Source of the DNA: Arenicellales bacterium
GTDB lineage: Bacteria; Pseudomonadota; Gammaproteobacteria; Arenicellales; Poriferihabitantaceae
Assembly: GCA_965200715.1 (NCBI GenBank)
Contig: OZ241374.1
Span: 1,365,718 to 1,429,717 of the forward strand
Direction of reading: 5' to 3'
Length of the DNA: 64,000 nucleotides
Part shown: in pieces, positions 8,563 through 18,678 of the stretch
Layout: every line of letters starts with the position of its first letter
Numbering within the stretch: position 1 is the first letter of the stretch
Program-made: the position numbers and the translations under genes
Notes under the pieces: model-generated
The model's database searches: none
What the model was told of the DNA's origin: nothing
Seen by the model: only the letters and a program-made list of their open reading frames with translations

Positions 8563-10440
8563 TCAACCCTTGCCCCGCCAAGGTATCGTCTTATCAATTA
8601 CAATACGCATAATTAGATCAAACAGAAGCCCCAAAACCCCCATGACGATAATTGTCATCCAGATAATTTCATAATCTGATTGTTTTCTTGCGACATTCTC
8701 AACAAAGCCGATTCCAGTTGTCCCAGCCAGCATTTCTGCAGCAACCAATGTGCCCCAACATACGCCAATCGATATACGAATGCCAGTGAGAATTTCTGGC
8801 AACGAGTTGGGAAGGATCACTTGCTGGATAATTTGTCGATTGGATGCACCTAAAGAGTGTGCAGCATGAATTTTGGAGAGTTGGGTTCCCGTTGCACCGG
8901 TTCGTGCAGAAATAACCATAATCGCAAATGCGACCATAAATAACAGGAAGATCTTTCCATCATCTTGGATGCCGAAGATGGTCAGAATCAGCGGAGCCCA
9001 GGCTAATGGTGGAACAGGTCTGTAAAGCTCCACAAGTGGATCAAAATACCCTTTTGCAAATCGAGACAAACCCATGAATAGTCCCAAAGGTACACCAAGC
9101 AAAATTCCTAAAATTAAACCTGCCAACACGCGCAAGATTGAATCCCAAATGTGCCCGGTAGGCACAGGCACGGAAAACGAATCAAAGTCTCCGGAAGCAA
9201 AATTGTAGATCCTGTCCTTAAAACTGGAATGGATATTTCCTTCTTCATCGTGGTGACCATACTCGCCAGGTATCAAGTCTGCAACCGAATCAGGAACTAA
9301 AAAGTCTACCATCTCGGAAACCGGCTTCATTTTGTACCAGAAGAGCGGGAACCCCTTATACCCTTGTGCTGGATCAGCCATCCAAATAAAGGTAGCCAGA
9401 GTATCGGAAGGTTTGGGTAACCAGCGCCCTGATCCTTGCTCTGAACAGGCGTTATTGCCGGCTAGAATATCTCCTCCAGGCAGTACTAAAGTATCGATAA
9501 ATCGTAAGGACCCTTGTCTATCTTGCATCGCTTGTTCAAGTAGTATCAGGGATGCTTCAATTCCTTGAGTTACTTGAGTTGGAAATACTCGAAAGTCATC
9601 AACTCGTTTCGAAATTTTTTCAATATCTTTTAAAACCTCCTTGTATGCTTCTTGGTCTGCTATGCCCTCTAATTCCTGAATCCTCTCACGAATATTTTCA
9701 ATCCGTTTTGTCAACTCAGGTCCATCGTTGCGAATTTCACTAAAATCCTCGGTAATGCCTTCCATAATTTCAGCAGCTACATCGAAAATACGTCCTCGCT
9801 GGGTTTTTGGTAATACTGGAATTTCTGTACTCGATTCACCCCAACCGGGTTGGGCAAGGGCTTCGGCCATTTTTGCCTCATCAACCGGCCCCGGAAATTC
9901 ATGGTTTTGCAGGTCTAGGGCGAGTTGTTCAATGCGGGTTGCTATATCTTGAAATCTCTCCGGTATGTCAGGTGCTATAAACTCGCTACTAGCCTGCAAT
10001 ACTAGTGCTTCCCGGACTTCGTCAATCAACAATAGAAGATTTCCCCGATCTGTATCCGTCAGATCCAGTTCGTTCAGTTCTTCAGTTAATAACTCAATCT
10101 GATACAAATCCCGGCTGAGAATTCGAGTACCTAATAGATGGCGATTATCAAGAGGGAAGGCGGATCGAATAGGATTGAGAGCGCGGTTTAGTTTTGCAAC
10201 CTGACACAATTCATTTGCCGAATTTGGAAAAAAAGCTCGCCCAGCATCCCATGAAAATGTAAACCAGACAAGCATGAGACTCGATACTCCGCAAGCCACC
10301 CAGTGATATCCCCCTTGCGTTCGAATTGGGTTTCCAAATACGGCATCGGTTCGTTCCGTTCGAACGACCTTTCTTCCATGAAGAATCGACCAAAAGAAGA
10401 CGATTAACAACGCGATATATAGAACAGCAACGATCATCAT
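8563..10440 (-). CDS. NitT/TauT-family ABC permease with ~420-aa N-terminal extension
   Basis: 625 aa. The last ~200 aa are a standard BPD_transp_1 core (AHSLGASNRQIIQQVILPNSLPEILTGIRISIG EAA-loop). They are preceded by two N-terminal TM segments and a long acidic helical region. Confidence 0.85.
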   Translation of the reverse strand: MMIVAVLYIALLIVFFWSILHGRKVVRTERTDAVFGNPIRTQGGYHWVACGVSSLMLVWFTFSWDAGRAFFPNSANELCQVAKLNRALNPIRSAFPLDNRHLLGTRILSRDLYQIELLTEELNELDLTDTDRGNLLLLIDEVREALVLQASSEFIAPDIPERFQDIATRIEQLALDLQNHEFPGPVDEAKMAEALAQPGWGESSTEIPVLPKTQRGRIFDVAAEIMEGITEDFSEIRNDGPELTKRIENIRERIQELEGIADQEAYKEVLKDIEKISKRVDDFRVFPTQVTQGIEASLILLEQAMQDRQGSLRFIDTLVLPGGDILAGNNACSEQGSGRWLPKPSDTLATFIWMADPAQGYKGFPLFWYKMKPVSEMVDFLVPDSVADLIPGEYGHHDEEGNIHSSFKDRIYNFASGDFDSFSVPVPTGHIWDSILRVLAGLILGILLGVPLGLFMGLSRFAKGYFDPLVELYRPVPPLAWAPLILTIFGIQDDGKIFLLFMVAFAIMVISARTGATGTQLSKIHAAHSLGASNRQIIQQVILPNSLPEILTGIRISIGVCWGTLVAAEMLAGTTGIGFVENVARKQSDYEIIWMTIIVMGVLGLLFDLIMRIVIDKTIPWRGKG

Positions 10441-10462
10441 TCAGAACACCGATAATTTCGAT

Positions 10463-11266
10463 TTATGCCGCTTCAACCTTGCCCATAATTTCTTCTTCCA
10501 TATTCCAGATCATGGTAAGAATTTCTTCTCGTGTTTGAACAAACTTTTCTTCATTCTTAATTTCACGAGGATCTCCGTCAAGCCCCATTTCTGCGAATGG
10601 CAACCGATATTGTTTATGTAGGCGACCAGGTCTCGGAGCCATGACAAACAGTCGCTCACCCAAAAGTAATGCTTCTTCCACCGAATGCGTGATAATCATG
10701 ATGGTTTTTCCGGTTTCTTTCCAAATTTTCAGAACCAATGATTGCATTTTTTCACGCGTTAGCGCATCCAATGCTCCAAGTGGTTCATCCATCAAGATCA
10801 GGTCCGGGTTATTGATTAAGCAGCGAGCTAAAGCTACACGTTGTTGCATCCCGCCTGATAATTGGTAGGTAGGGGTATCTCCAAAGCCTTGAAGTCCAAC
10901 AATATCTAACCATTCTTCAACTTTTTGCTTGGTTTCTTCCTTATCAGCATTTTTCATGCGCAAACCGAAATTCACATTATCAGCAACGGTTAGCCATTCA
11001 AAGAGTGCTCCTTGTTGAAAAACCATACCACGGTCGACACCCGGTTTTTCAATAATACTTCCACCAAGCTTGATACTTCCTCCAGTTGGGTGCAGGAATC
11101 CGGCTACAATGTTTAACAGAGTTGTTTTGCCGCAACCGGAAGGACCAAGGACTGAAAGGAGTTCACCCTTTTTCAGGGTAAAGGTTACGTCTTTCAAGGC
11201 ATGGACACTACTGCCGTCGGGCAGTTCAAACACCATATTGAGTTTGTCAGTAATGAGATCACTCAT
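10463..11266 (-). CDS. NitT/TauT-family ABC ATP-binding protein (TauB/SsuB-like)
   Basis: Walker A GPSGCGKTT, LSGGMQQRVALARCL, Walker B LILMDEPLGALD. Confidence 0.9.
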   Translation of the reverse strand: MSDLITDKLNMVFELPDGSSVHALKDVTFTLKKGELLSVLGPSGCGKTTLLNIVAGFLHPTGGSIKLGGSIIEKPGVDRGMVFQQGALFEWLTVADNVNFGLRMKNADKEETKQKVEEWLDIVGLQGFGDTPTYQLSGGMQQRVALARCLINNPDLILMDEPLGALDALTREKMQSLVLKIWKETGKTIMIITHSVEEALLLGERLFVMAPRPGRLHKQYRLPFAEMGLDGDPREIKNEEKFVQTREEILTMIWNMEEEIMGKVEAA

Positions 11267-11359
11267 CGGAAGGTGGGCCGTGATAAAACTGTATCAACGA
11301 TATACTCTGAGACTCGAATGAGCCGAGCAAGATACCCGGCTCATTCTCAAAGACACAGT

Positions 11360-12337
11360 TTACTGCATATAGGAAGTATCAATAACTGAGCTGTAATCAC
11401 TCAAAGCAGGATTTTCTGGAGTAGCAAATGCACCACCAACGACTGAGATCGCTATACTCGCAATTCCGCCGTCATTGAAATATTTTGATAACTGTTCTTC
11501 GTGACTTGGAAAGTAAAAGTCAGCCATTTGATTTTGGGTCGATTCTACTGAAAGACCTGCATCTTTGGCGATTACATCAATTTTGGACTGATCGGCAGCA
11601 AATGCCATATTTGCTTGCTCGGTAACCTCAAGAAAAGTCTTGACCATATCGGGATTTTCCTGAGCGAAACTTTCAGTAACTGAAACAACATCAAAACTAA
11701 TGATTCCAGCAGCCTCTTTGTCTGCTAGGCTCATCAACGGCTCGCCGACCTCATACATTTTACTCATTGAATCAGCACCAAATCCACAAGCCATGGAAAC
11801 TGCACCATCAGCTAGAGAAACTGCAGCATCAGCAGGAACCTGATCAACAACATTGATTTGTTCAACATCAACATCCAAAGATCGCATCATCATACGGAAA
11901 CTGTAGTCAGCCATTGTTGCAAGTGGTACGGCAACTGATTTCCCTTCCAACTCATTTGCATTGCTCTTATCGATGTCTTCACCGTTACGTACTACACAAT
12001 CATTGGCAGGATACTGCACAGCTATCGAAACGAGTTTAATGGGGGCATTTGCATTCACCGCATTAATGAATGGTGCGAGGCCTTGACTGTATGAAATATC
12101 GATATCTCCGGCGAGCATCGCTTCCGTCATTTGAGTTCCTGCATCAAAATTTGTCCAGTTGACTGGAACACCTAATGCATCATCGTATTGTTTTTCAACC
12201 TTAGCAATCTGATTTGGTGTTGCCCATTCCAGGAAAAAGGCAACATTCACTTGATCAGCTGAATGAGCCACAGTTGACAGGAAAAATGCTGAACTAACAG
12301 CAATTAAGGATTTTTTGAATTTCATTTTTTTCTCCAA
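11360..12337 (-). CDS. TauA/NMT1-like periplasmic substrate-binding protein
   Basis: 325 aa with a signal peptide (LIAVSSAFFLSTVAHSA). Overall layout parallels E. coli TauA (VNV..A...., W..FD.G......L.G..D, C-terminal DYS..IDTSY). Confidence 0.75.
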   Translation of the reverse strand: MEKKMKFKKSLIAVSSAFFLSTVAHSADQVNVAFFLEWATPNQIAKVEKQYDDALGVPVNWTNFDAGTQMTEAMLAGDIDISYSQGLAPFINAVNANAPIKLVSIAVQYPANDCVVRNGEDIDKSNANELEGKSVAVPLATMADYSFRMMMRSLDVDVEQINVVDQVPADAAVSLADGAVSMACGFGADSMSKMYEVGEPLMSLADKEAAGIISFDVVSVTESFAQENPDMVKTFLEVTEQANMAFAADQSKIDVIAKDAGLSVESTQNQMADFYFPSHEEQLSKYFNDGGIASIAISVVGGAFATPENPALSDYSSVIDTSYMQ

Positions 12338-12508
12338 TTGGAAGGAATTATTTTGTAAGCATTCATTTTTGGATTATGACATCAATTTGAATAATTTTTT
12401 CAAAATTTGAAATAAATTTGAAATATTTCATCATTCTCTTGTTGAGTTGAAAATTCATGATCTTCGGAATATTTTGATCTATATCAAAATGAAAAATCAA
12501 GCATGAAA

Positions 12509-14083
12509 TTAATTCCGATATAGATCAAGGGCTCTCCAATTGAAATTACTCGCTGCAGATGAGACGGTATTTTTTTGTTTCTGATATTTATTTCTTAGGT
12601 TAGGGGGAGTTGAATCTGGACCACCAAATGCATCAATAATTTCACTTTCCGAAATCGCACCTTTTTCACCGCCAATCAGTTCACTTCCAGTCTGCTCACA
12701 TATGTCGCCAAGTCGACGGTAGAAATCCGAACGCAGTTGATTCACGTATTCTTTCGCTGAATCCATCATTTCGAGTTGGTCGGCAGCCATAGTCAATCTA
12801 TTATGAGGGTCGATTCCGAACGGATTCATATGTCCATAAACAATGATCTCCCCACTCAACCCATCAGTCTCTCTGATAAATTGCTCCATATCGTTGACAT
12901 AACTTTTGTTACTATCCCACAGAGCTTCAGCACAATAAGCGACCTGAGTGTGATTCAGGCGAACATTCGCATCGGTATGGTTTTTATAGCGATACGCAGC
13001 ATGCGGTTCTCGCATGCGAGCTGCATAGGGTATAGCTTCACGAAGTTCACGCATTTCATTCGATGTTCGAAAAACCTCAGCCGATTCAAGATCAATGCCT
13101 CCAATGCATATTGATTCGCTATCACAATCATCAATCAGCAAATTCAGGAATTCATCAATAGAATCATTTGAACATCCATTTATGAATAATACTCCATCAG
13201 CGTTGATTTGCTTACACTTCTCGGATAATTGCCGAGCACGTTTTGCATAAATATTATCGGAATAATCTTGTATTAACGGCTCCATTGATCCTGAGGTTAC
13301 ATGTTCTATGCCGATAATGACATCGGACTTATCGGTTAAATTGGTGGTCAAATCTTGTCCGAATTCGAAAAAACAAAAACTTGCAAGATGTTCCAGCAAC
13401 TTTGCTATTTCGAGAGAATTATCGTGAACAGGTAGTGCAAATGCAATTTCATTTTCAGGTAGTTTGCCATATCTGCAACGAACTGCGCATACGATTCCAG
13501 TCCACCCATAGGTTCCTGCATAATGAATCAGCTGACCTTGATCAATAATTTCCAGTTGAGTTCCATTGTGCAAAAGGATTTGTGAAACGCTATCAGAAAA
13601 ATACCTTCGTTGTGGGCCCATGCCACCAGTCATAAATGTGGAACCGACCTGTGCATAGGCATAACTTGTCAAATCAGACCCCGGAACTCGATAGGCCGGA
13701 GAAAGCTGATCGGCTAAAGCTTGGTTTAGTTGATCAATCGTTATCGCTGCTCCAGCGCAAACCTCCATTTCTTTCTGGTCGATAACAATCTCGTCCAGGG
13801 ATATCGTTTTTAGATTCGTTACCTTGCCAATGCGGATTTTTGGGTTTGGGGTGGTCCCCACCAAAACTCCGATGATTGGTTTTTCCTCCGATGTTTTCTG
13901 CTGGTAAACCTTACCAGCTGCAGAAACAGCAGATAATGGCAGTAAGCACGCATCCTTTCCATGTTTTCGGTAAATTTCACTGATGGTTGTACTTACTCCA
14001 GTTTCCGCTATTCGGTAAGCAATATCCAGCAAGACTTGGTTGTTCTCACCATCTTTGAACGATTGGTTTAATGGTTTCATCAT
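12509..14083 (-). CDS. Divergent FAD-linked oxidase (FAD_binding_4 / GlcD-DLD family)
   Basis: Track ORF 12509..14089. The ATG at 14083 follows AGAGG. N-terminal PCMH-type FAD-binding pattern (GSTFMTGGMGPQRRYF, YGWTGIVCAV). C-terminal half is poorly conserved. Confidence 0.6.
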   Translation of the reverse strand: MMKPLNQSFKDGENNQVLLDIAYRIAETGVSTTISEIYRKHGKDACLLPLSAVSAAGKVYQQKTSEEKPIIGVLVGTTPNPKIRIGKVTNLKTISLDEIVIDQKEMEVCAGAAITIDQLNQALADQLSPAYRVPGSDLTSYAYAQVGSTFMTGGMGPQRRYFSDSVSQILLHNGTQLEIIDQGQLIHYAGTYGWTGIVCAVRCRYGKLPENEIAFALPVHDNSLEIAKLLEHLASFCFFEFGQDLTTNLTDKSDVIIGIEHVTSGSMEPLIQDYSDNIYAKRARQLSEKCKQINADGVLFINGCSNDSIDEFLNLLIDDCDSESICIGGIDLESAEVFRTSNEMRELREAIPYAARMREPHAAYRYKNHTDANVRLNHTQVAYCAEALWDSNKSYVNDMEQFIRETDGLSGEIIVYGHMNPFGIDPHNRLTMAADQLEMMDSAKEYVNQLRSDFYRRLGDICEQTGSELIGGEKGAISESEIIDAFGGPDSTPPNLRNKYQKQKNTVSSAASNFNWRALDLYRN

Positions 14084-14159
14084 TCCCACCTCTTTTACCG
14101 GAATAGTGAATACTCAGGCATATCAGACCCAGGTTTGCTGGAACGAATAATTGACTTGG

Positions 14160-14687
14160 CTAGTGTTCAGTCCATGTACCTCGAGTTGGATAACGATTCT
14201 CTTTAATCCATTGCAAACCACTTGTCAGTGTCTCTATGTCGGGTCTAACGAAAGGATTATTTGATATGTCTACAATATGCAAGTCCAGTTCGCCATTGAT
14301 CACAAACAATCCAGGCTCGGCATAACGGTGATCGGTTTCGGTTTCTGATCGTGGTGTTGAAATTCTCAATCCTAGAGCCTTCATTTGCTCCAGAGTCAAG
14401 CCATGATAAATTGGATAACTGATATCCAGTTTTTCCAGATGCTCGAGAAGCTGCTCTCGACTGTCTGCAGATACAGCAATGACTTCAATCCCCTTATCTT
14501 TGAGTTGCTGTACATATCCTTCAAGCTTATTGAGATATTTGGTGCACATAGGGCAATGTTTACCTCGGTAGATAACGATTACTCGCCATTCAGCATCTTC
14601 TGAGGGTTTACCGATATTCTCGATATTTCCATCAAGATTCGTAGCCTTGAGTTCAGGGAAAGGCGTTCCGGGATTGAGTGCATTCAT
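14160..14687 (-). CDS. AhpC/TSA (redoxin) family thiol-disulfide oxidoreductase
   Basis: 175 aa. VIVIYRGKHCPMCTKYL...IEVIAVSADS is a thioredoxin-fold CxxC context. Confidence 0.75.
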   Translation of the reverse strand: MNALNPGTPFPELKATNLDGNIENIGKPSEDAEWRVIVIYRGKHCPMCTKYLNKLEGYVQQLKDKGIEVIAVSADSREQLLEHLEKLDISYPIYHGLTLEQMKALGLRISTPRSETETDHRYAEPGLFVINGELDLHIVDISNNPFVRPDIETLTSGLQWIKENRYPTRGTWTEH

Positions 14688-14748
14688 AGTTTATATCTTT
14701 GATTTGTTGCGTTAGTAATTACCATCAATGAATGGTTTCCTAATTGGA

Positions 14749-15549
14749 CTAAATTCCATTTATTCGTAATTCATCCGGTATGGTGCATACGGGAATCGGA
14801 TTCATTTTGTGTTGATTTGCCTTGTGTAATTTCTGGTAAATTTTTAACACCTTCAATTGTCGACTACTCAAATGGTCAGTCCCTTCCTCATTGTAAGACA
14901 TGGCCCATTCCATTTCTTCATAAGAAGCACCCAGTTGATCTTCATCAGTTCGATTATCTTTATACAACCCGTCGGTAGGTTGGGCTTGCATGATCTCTTT
15001 GTTGATCCCGAGCGCATCACCAATTCGATAAACCTCACTCTTTGTCAAATCAGCGATGGGGCTGATATCAACTCCTCCATCCCCATATTTGGTGAAAAAT
15101 CCAACTCCGAAATCTTCAACCTTGTTCCCGGTTCCAACTACCAGATAATTGTTTATTGCTGCGTAATAGTAAAGGGTAGTCATGCGCAATCGTGCACGTG
15201 AGTTTGCTAAACTTACTTTACGAGAGGATCCTAATCCAATTTCGACTTTCGGTAACGCTTTGACAAATCTTTTGAAAACGGGAGTCAAATTAATATGAAG
15301 ACTGTCAACATTTGAATGGAAGGAACGAAGGTGGTTGATGTGGTTGACTGCGCATTCTACCTGAGCTCGATCCTGGTGGATTGGCATCTCAAGGCACAAG
15401 GTAGGCAGATATGTTTTGGCTGCAAGTTTCGAGGTAACGGCTGAATCAATTCCACCAGAAACAGCTACAACAAATCCTCTGCTACCCGATTCTGCACAAT
15501 ACGATTTCAGCCAGGCGACGATATGATCAATGATTGGAGAAGCTTGCAT
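14749..15549 (-). CDS. nadE: NH3-dependent NAD+ synthetase
   Basis: 266 aa. PP-loop VAVSGGIDSAV, plus VVGTGNKVEDFGVGFFTKYGDGGVDISPIADLTKSEV. Confidence 0.88.
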   Translation of the reverse strand: MQASPIIDHIVAWLKSYCAESGSRGFVVAVSGGIDSAVTSKLAAKTYLPTLCLEMPIHQDRAQVECAVNHINHLRSFHSNVDSLHINLTPVFKRFVKALPKVEIGLGSSRKVSLANSRARLRMTTLYYYAAINNYLVVGTGNKVEDFGVGFFTKYGDGGVDISPIADLTKSEVYRIGDALGINKEIMQAQPTDGLYKDNRTDEDQLGASYEEMEWAMSYNEEGTDHLSSRQLKVLKIYQKLHKANQHKMNPIPVCTIPDELRINGI

Positions 15550-15714
15550 TGAAAATCAATAGTATTTCATTTTTTTGATTCGTAGACATTATACTTTGAT
15601 ACTGGTTCATCATAAACCCACCCGTTCGAGTAATTTCATTCGTTTCGTATCAACCTTATTCTGAATCGAGAGAAATGCCGACGTTTCGTAACCAGAGTGT
15701 GGCTACGATATCAA

Positions 15715-16176
15715 TTACCGTTTGACGGTCTTATTCACTCGCCAGCCATCGGCAGCAATTTCAATATTCCATTTGCCGGGGAGTAGCGCAGGTAAATACA
15801 AATGATAAGTTGTATTGTTATAACGGTTAGCAGAAACTGTTTGATCAAAACCGGAACGGGTTGCATGACGGAATGCTACAGTAAGACTTTCTGGCGGAGC
15901 GTACTCAGGTTTCGAGATGATTTGGATTTCCACTAGAGCATTTTCTGCAAACTCAATGGTGGCTTCAATCCCCAATTCCTTAGCACGAGCCGTTCGCTCG
16001 ATGGATTGATTAATACCCATTCCTTGCTTATAGTAATCGTCAACCACTAGTCCGTCGTAACTAACAATAGATAAAGTTAGAACAATCGCCCCAACAATTA
16101 CTGCGATAGCCGGTATACCAACAATCAGCCATACTGCGGGAATTCTCCATGGACTGTTTTGACTGAATTCAATCAT
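15715..16176 (-). CDS. ccoH: FixH/CcoH-family cbb3 oxidase assembly protein
   Basis: 153 aa with a single N-terminal TM. DDYYKQGMGINQ motif. 4-nt overlap with ccoG. Confidence 0.75.
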   Translation of the reverse strand: MIEFSQNSPWRIPAVWLIVGIPAIAVIVGAIVLTLSIVSYDGLVVDDYYKQGMGINQSIERTARAKELGIEATIEFAENALVEIQIISKPEYAPPESLTVAFRHATRSGFDQTVSANRYNNTTYHLYLPALLPGKWNIEIAADGWRVNKTVKR

Positions 16177-17588
16177 TGCCGAGGTCCAACAAAGCGAGAT
16201 TCATGAGTAACGAATTGATCCGGATTCCTGTAGGATTGAAGTTGAAATTCAAATCCAAAACCATCAGCAGGCATGTTATTTTCCGGTATCTGAGCACGAA
16301 CCACTACCTCTTGAACTTGTCCTGCGGCGACATTCACAACAGGGTCAGCTGCAAATAGAGTGAGTGGTAATTCGCTGTTCACATCAAGCAGGTATTGTTG
16401 TGATATTTCAGTCTTGTTCAAAATTTTCAGTGTAAATACATTTTCGATTTTGTCACCCAAATCTCGATACAGTACATTTCTGTCACGAATGACATCTAGA
16501 GCCATGACCGGGCGTTGACTTATTCCGATGATTGAACCGATTAATAGTGTAACCAGAATAGTTGCATAGATGATGACACGGGGCCGCAAGACCCGAGTAC
16601 GCAATCCCTCCATGGCATTTTCGGTAGAGTATCGAATCAGTCCTTTTGAATAACCCATTTTATCCATTACATCATCACATACATCGATACAAGCCGCACA
16701 ACCGATACACTCGATTTGCAGTCCTTCACGGATATCAATTCCGGTCGGACATACTTGAACACACATCGTACAATTTATGCAATCACCCAGACCAAGACTA
16801 GCTGGGTCTGCTGACTTTCTTCGAGCTCCACGTGGTTCACCACGTTCCTTGTCATAGGAGATAATCAAGGTATCACGATCAAACATTGCGCTCTGAAATC
16901 GTGCATAAGGACACATGTATTTACACAATTGTTCTCGAAGCCAACCCGCATTGCCATAGGTCGCAAAACCATAAAATAAAATCCAGAATGTTTCCCATGC
17001 TCCCAGCTGCAATTCGGTAAACCGATAAAACAACTCACGAATTGGAGTGAAATATCCAACAAAAGTTAATCCGGTCCAGAGAGAGAGAACAATCCACAAT
17101 CCATGTTTGACCGACCGTTTCATGATTTTCTCGATAGTCCAGGGACTGTTTGCCAGTTTTATTTGTTGGGAACGATTACCCTCAACTTTTCTTTCAATCC
17201 ACAGAAAAACTTCAGTCCAAACGGTTTGAGGGCAGGCATAACCACACCAGAGACGTCCGGCAATGGCGGTGAAGAAAAACAAGGAAAGTGCAGCAACAAT
17301 CAACAGGGCCGTCAAGTAAATCAAATCTTGAGGCCAGAATGTCAAAGTAAAGATATGAAATTTACGATCCGGCAGATTCCATAAGACTGCTTGACGAACA
17401 ACCTCACCGGTATTGATCTGAAGCCAGGGTAAGCCATAGAAAATTCCCATCAGGACGATCACTCCGGTTAGTCGTAACGAAGCAAAGAGACCACGAACTT
17501 GCCTGGGGTAAATTCGTTGACGACGTTCGTAAAGCGATTTCTCTACCGCTGAATCTTGTGACTGATTCGATTGCAGTGTCTCAGCCAT
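16173..17588 (-). CDS. ccoG: CcoG/FixG 4Fe-4S accessory protein of cbb3 oxidase
   Basis: 471 aa. CGYACPQT, CKYMCPYARFQ, CINCTMCVQVCPTGIDIR, CIGCAACIDVCD. Confidence 0.9.
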   Translation of the reverse strand: MAETLQSNQSQDSAVEKSLYERRQRIYPRQVRGLFASLRLTGVIVLMGIFYGLPWLQINTGEVVRQAVLWNLPDRKFHIFTLTFWPQDLIYLTALLIVAALSLFFFTAIAGRLWCGYACPQTVWTEVFLWIERKVEGNRSQQIKLANSPWTIEKIMKRSVKHGLWIVLSLWTGLTFVGYFTPIRELFYRFTELQLGAWETFWILFYGFATYGNAGWLREQLCKYMCPYARFQSAMFDRDTLIISYDKERGEPRGARRKSADPASLGLGDCINCTMCVQVCPTGIDIREGLQIECIGCAACIDVCDDVMDKMGYSKGLIRYSTENAMEGLRTRVLRPRVIIYATILVTLLIGSIIGISQRPVMALDVIRDRNVLYRDLGDKIENVFTLKILNKTEISQQYLLDVNSELPLTLFAADPVVNVAAGQVQEVVVRAQIPENNMPADGFGFEFQLQSYRNPDQFVTHESRFVGPRQ

Positions 17589-17621
17589 AGGATCGCTGTG
17601 AAAGGGTAGATTGAATGAGAA

Positions 17622-18524
17622 CTAATTTTGCTCGCCTAAGCTCTGTATATAAGCTGCAAGAAGATAGACACGGTCTTCTCCAAGCAAATTATTGAATGAG
17701 GGCATGACCCCATTTCGTCCTATAGCGATTGAATGATAAATGTCATCATAAGATCCGCCATATAACCAGATATTGTCTGCAATGTTGGGCGCACCCAGAA
17801 GGGCATTACCGGAACCATTGGCTTGATGACAGGCAACACAGAGCTGGTCATACTTCACTTTACCAGCACTTGCGAATTCAGCATTATGCTCCTGCCCACT
17901 TAAGTTGAGAACATAATGAGCAACATCACGCACACCATCTGGTCCCCCCAATGGAGTTTCCCATGGAGGCATGACGCCAACACGTCCGTTGATGATAGTA
18001 TGATAAATCTGTTCGTGATCGGAACCCCACTGCCAGTCCTGGTCAACGAGATTGGGAAATCCAGGGGCCCCATAAGCATCCGATCCATGACATTGAGCAC
18101 AATTATTTAAAAATAAACGCTTACCTGTTCGCATGGCTTCGACATTTTCCATTAAGTCAGCAGGCAATAGCGATGCATATTCTTCAAATATTGGATCAAA
18201 CTGTTCCTTAGCAGTATCGATTTCTTTTTGATACTGCCCTTTGGATGACCAGTTCAATATACCCTGAAATGAGCCCAGACCCGGATAGAAAATTAAATAG
18301 CCTAACCCAAATACCAGCGTAATAATAAACAAATTTAACCACCAGCTAGGTAAAGGATTGTTGTATTCAGTGAGATCTTCATCCCATACATGATCAGATG
18401 TTTCGACATCACCTTCTGGCTTATGTCCACGATTCAAGAGTATCAACGGGAACAGCGCAAGAATGCTGATAACCGTTCCTATCGCAATAAACCAGTGCCA
18501 GAATTCACTTGTGAAGTCAGCCAT
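17622..18524 (-). CDS. ccoP: cbb3-type cytochrome c oxidase subunit III (diheme)
   Basis: 300 aa. Two CxxCH motifs (CAQCHG, CVACHQ). N-terminal FixP-type TM. Confidence 0.9.
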   Translation of the reverse strand: MADFTSEFWHWFIAIGTVISILALFPLILLNRGHKPEGDVETSDHVWDEDLTEYNNPLPSWWLNLFIITLVFGLGYLIFYPGLGSFQGILNWSSKGQYQKEIDTAKEQFDPIFEEYASLLPADLMENVEAMRTGKRLFLNNCAQCHGSDAYGAPGFPNLVDQDWQWGSDHEQIYHTIINGRVGVMPPWETPLGGPDGVRDVAHYVLNLSGQEHNAEFASAGKVKYDQLCVACHQANGSGNALLGAPNIADNIWLYGGSYDDIYHSIAIGRNGVMPSFNNLLGEDRVYLLAAYIQSLGEQN

Positions 18525-18678
18525 CTTTGTTGCTTTCGTAGTTTGGTCTGTCTTCCCTTAGTGGGATATGGGCGGCTTCGTGATACTCTTGAACTCGCTT
18601 ACGACTCCATGCCTTAATAAAAATCAAGACAAACAAAATCATCAAAAGAGCAGTCCAAATGGTATGAAAGACTTCCAT
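18517..18678 (-). CDS. ccoQ: cbb3 oxidase small subunit CcoQ
   Basis: Own translation, 53 aa (below the track cutoff): [53 protein letters not shown]. The start overlaps the ccoO stop (TAATG) and the stop overlaps the ccoP start (ATGGCTGA). Confidence 0.65.
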   Translation of the reverse strand: MEVFHTIWTALLMILFVLIFIKAWSRKRVQEYHEAAHIPLREDRPNYESNKDG

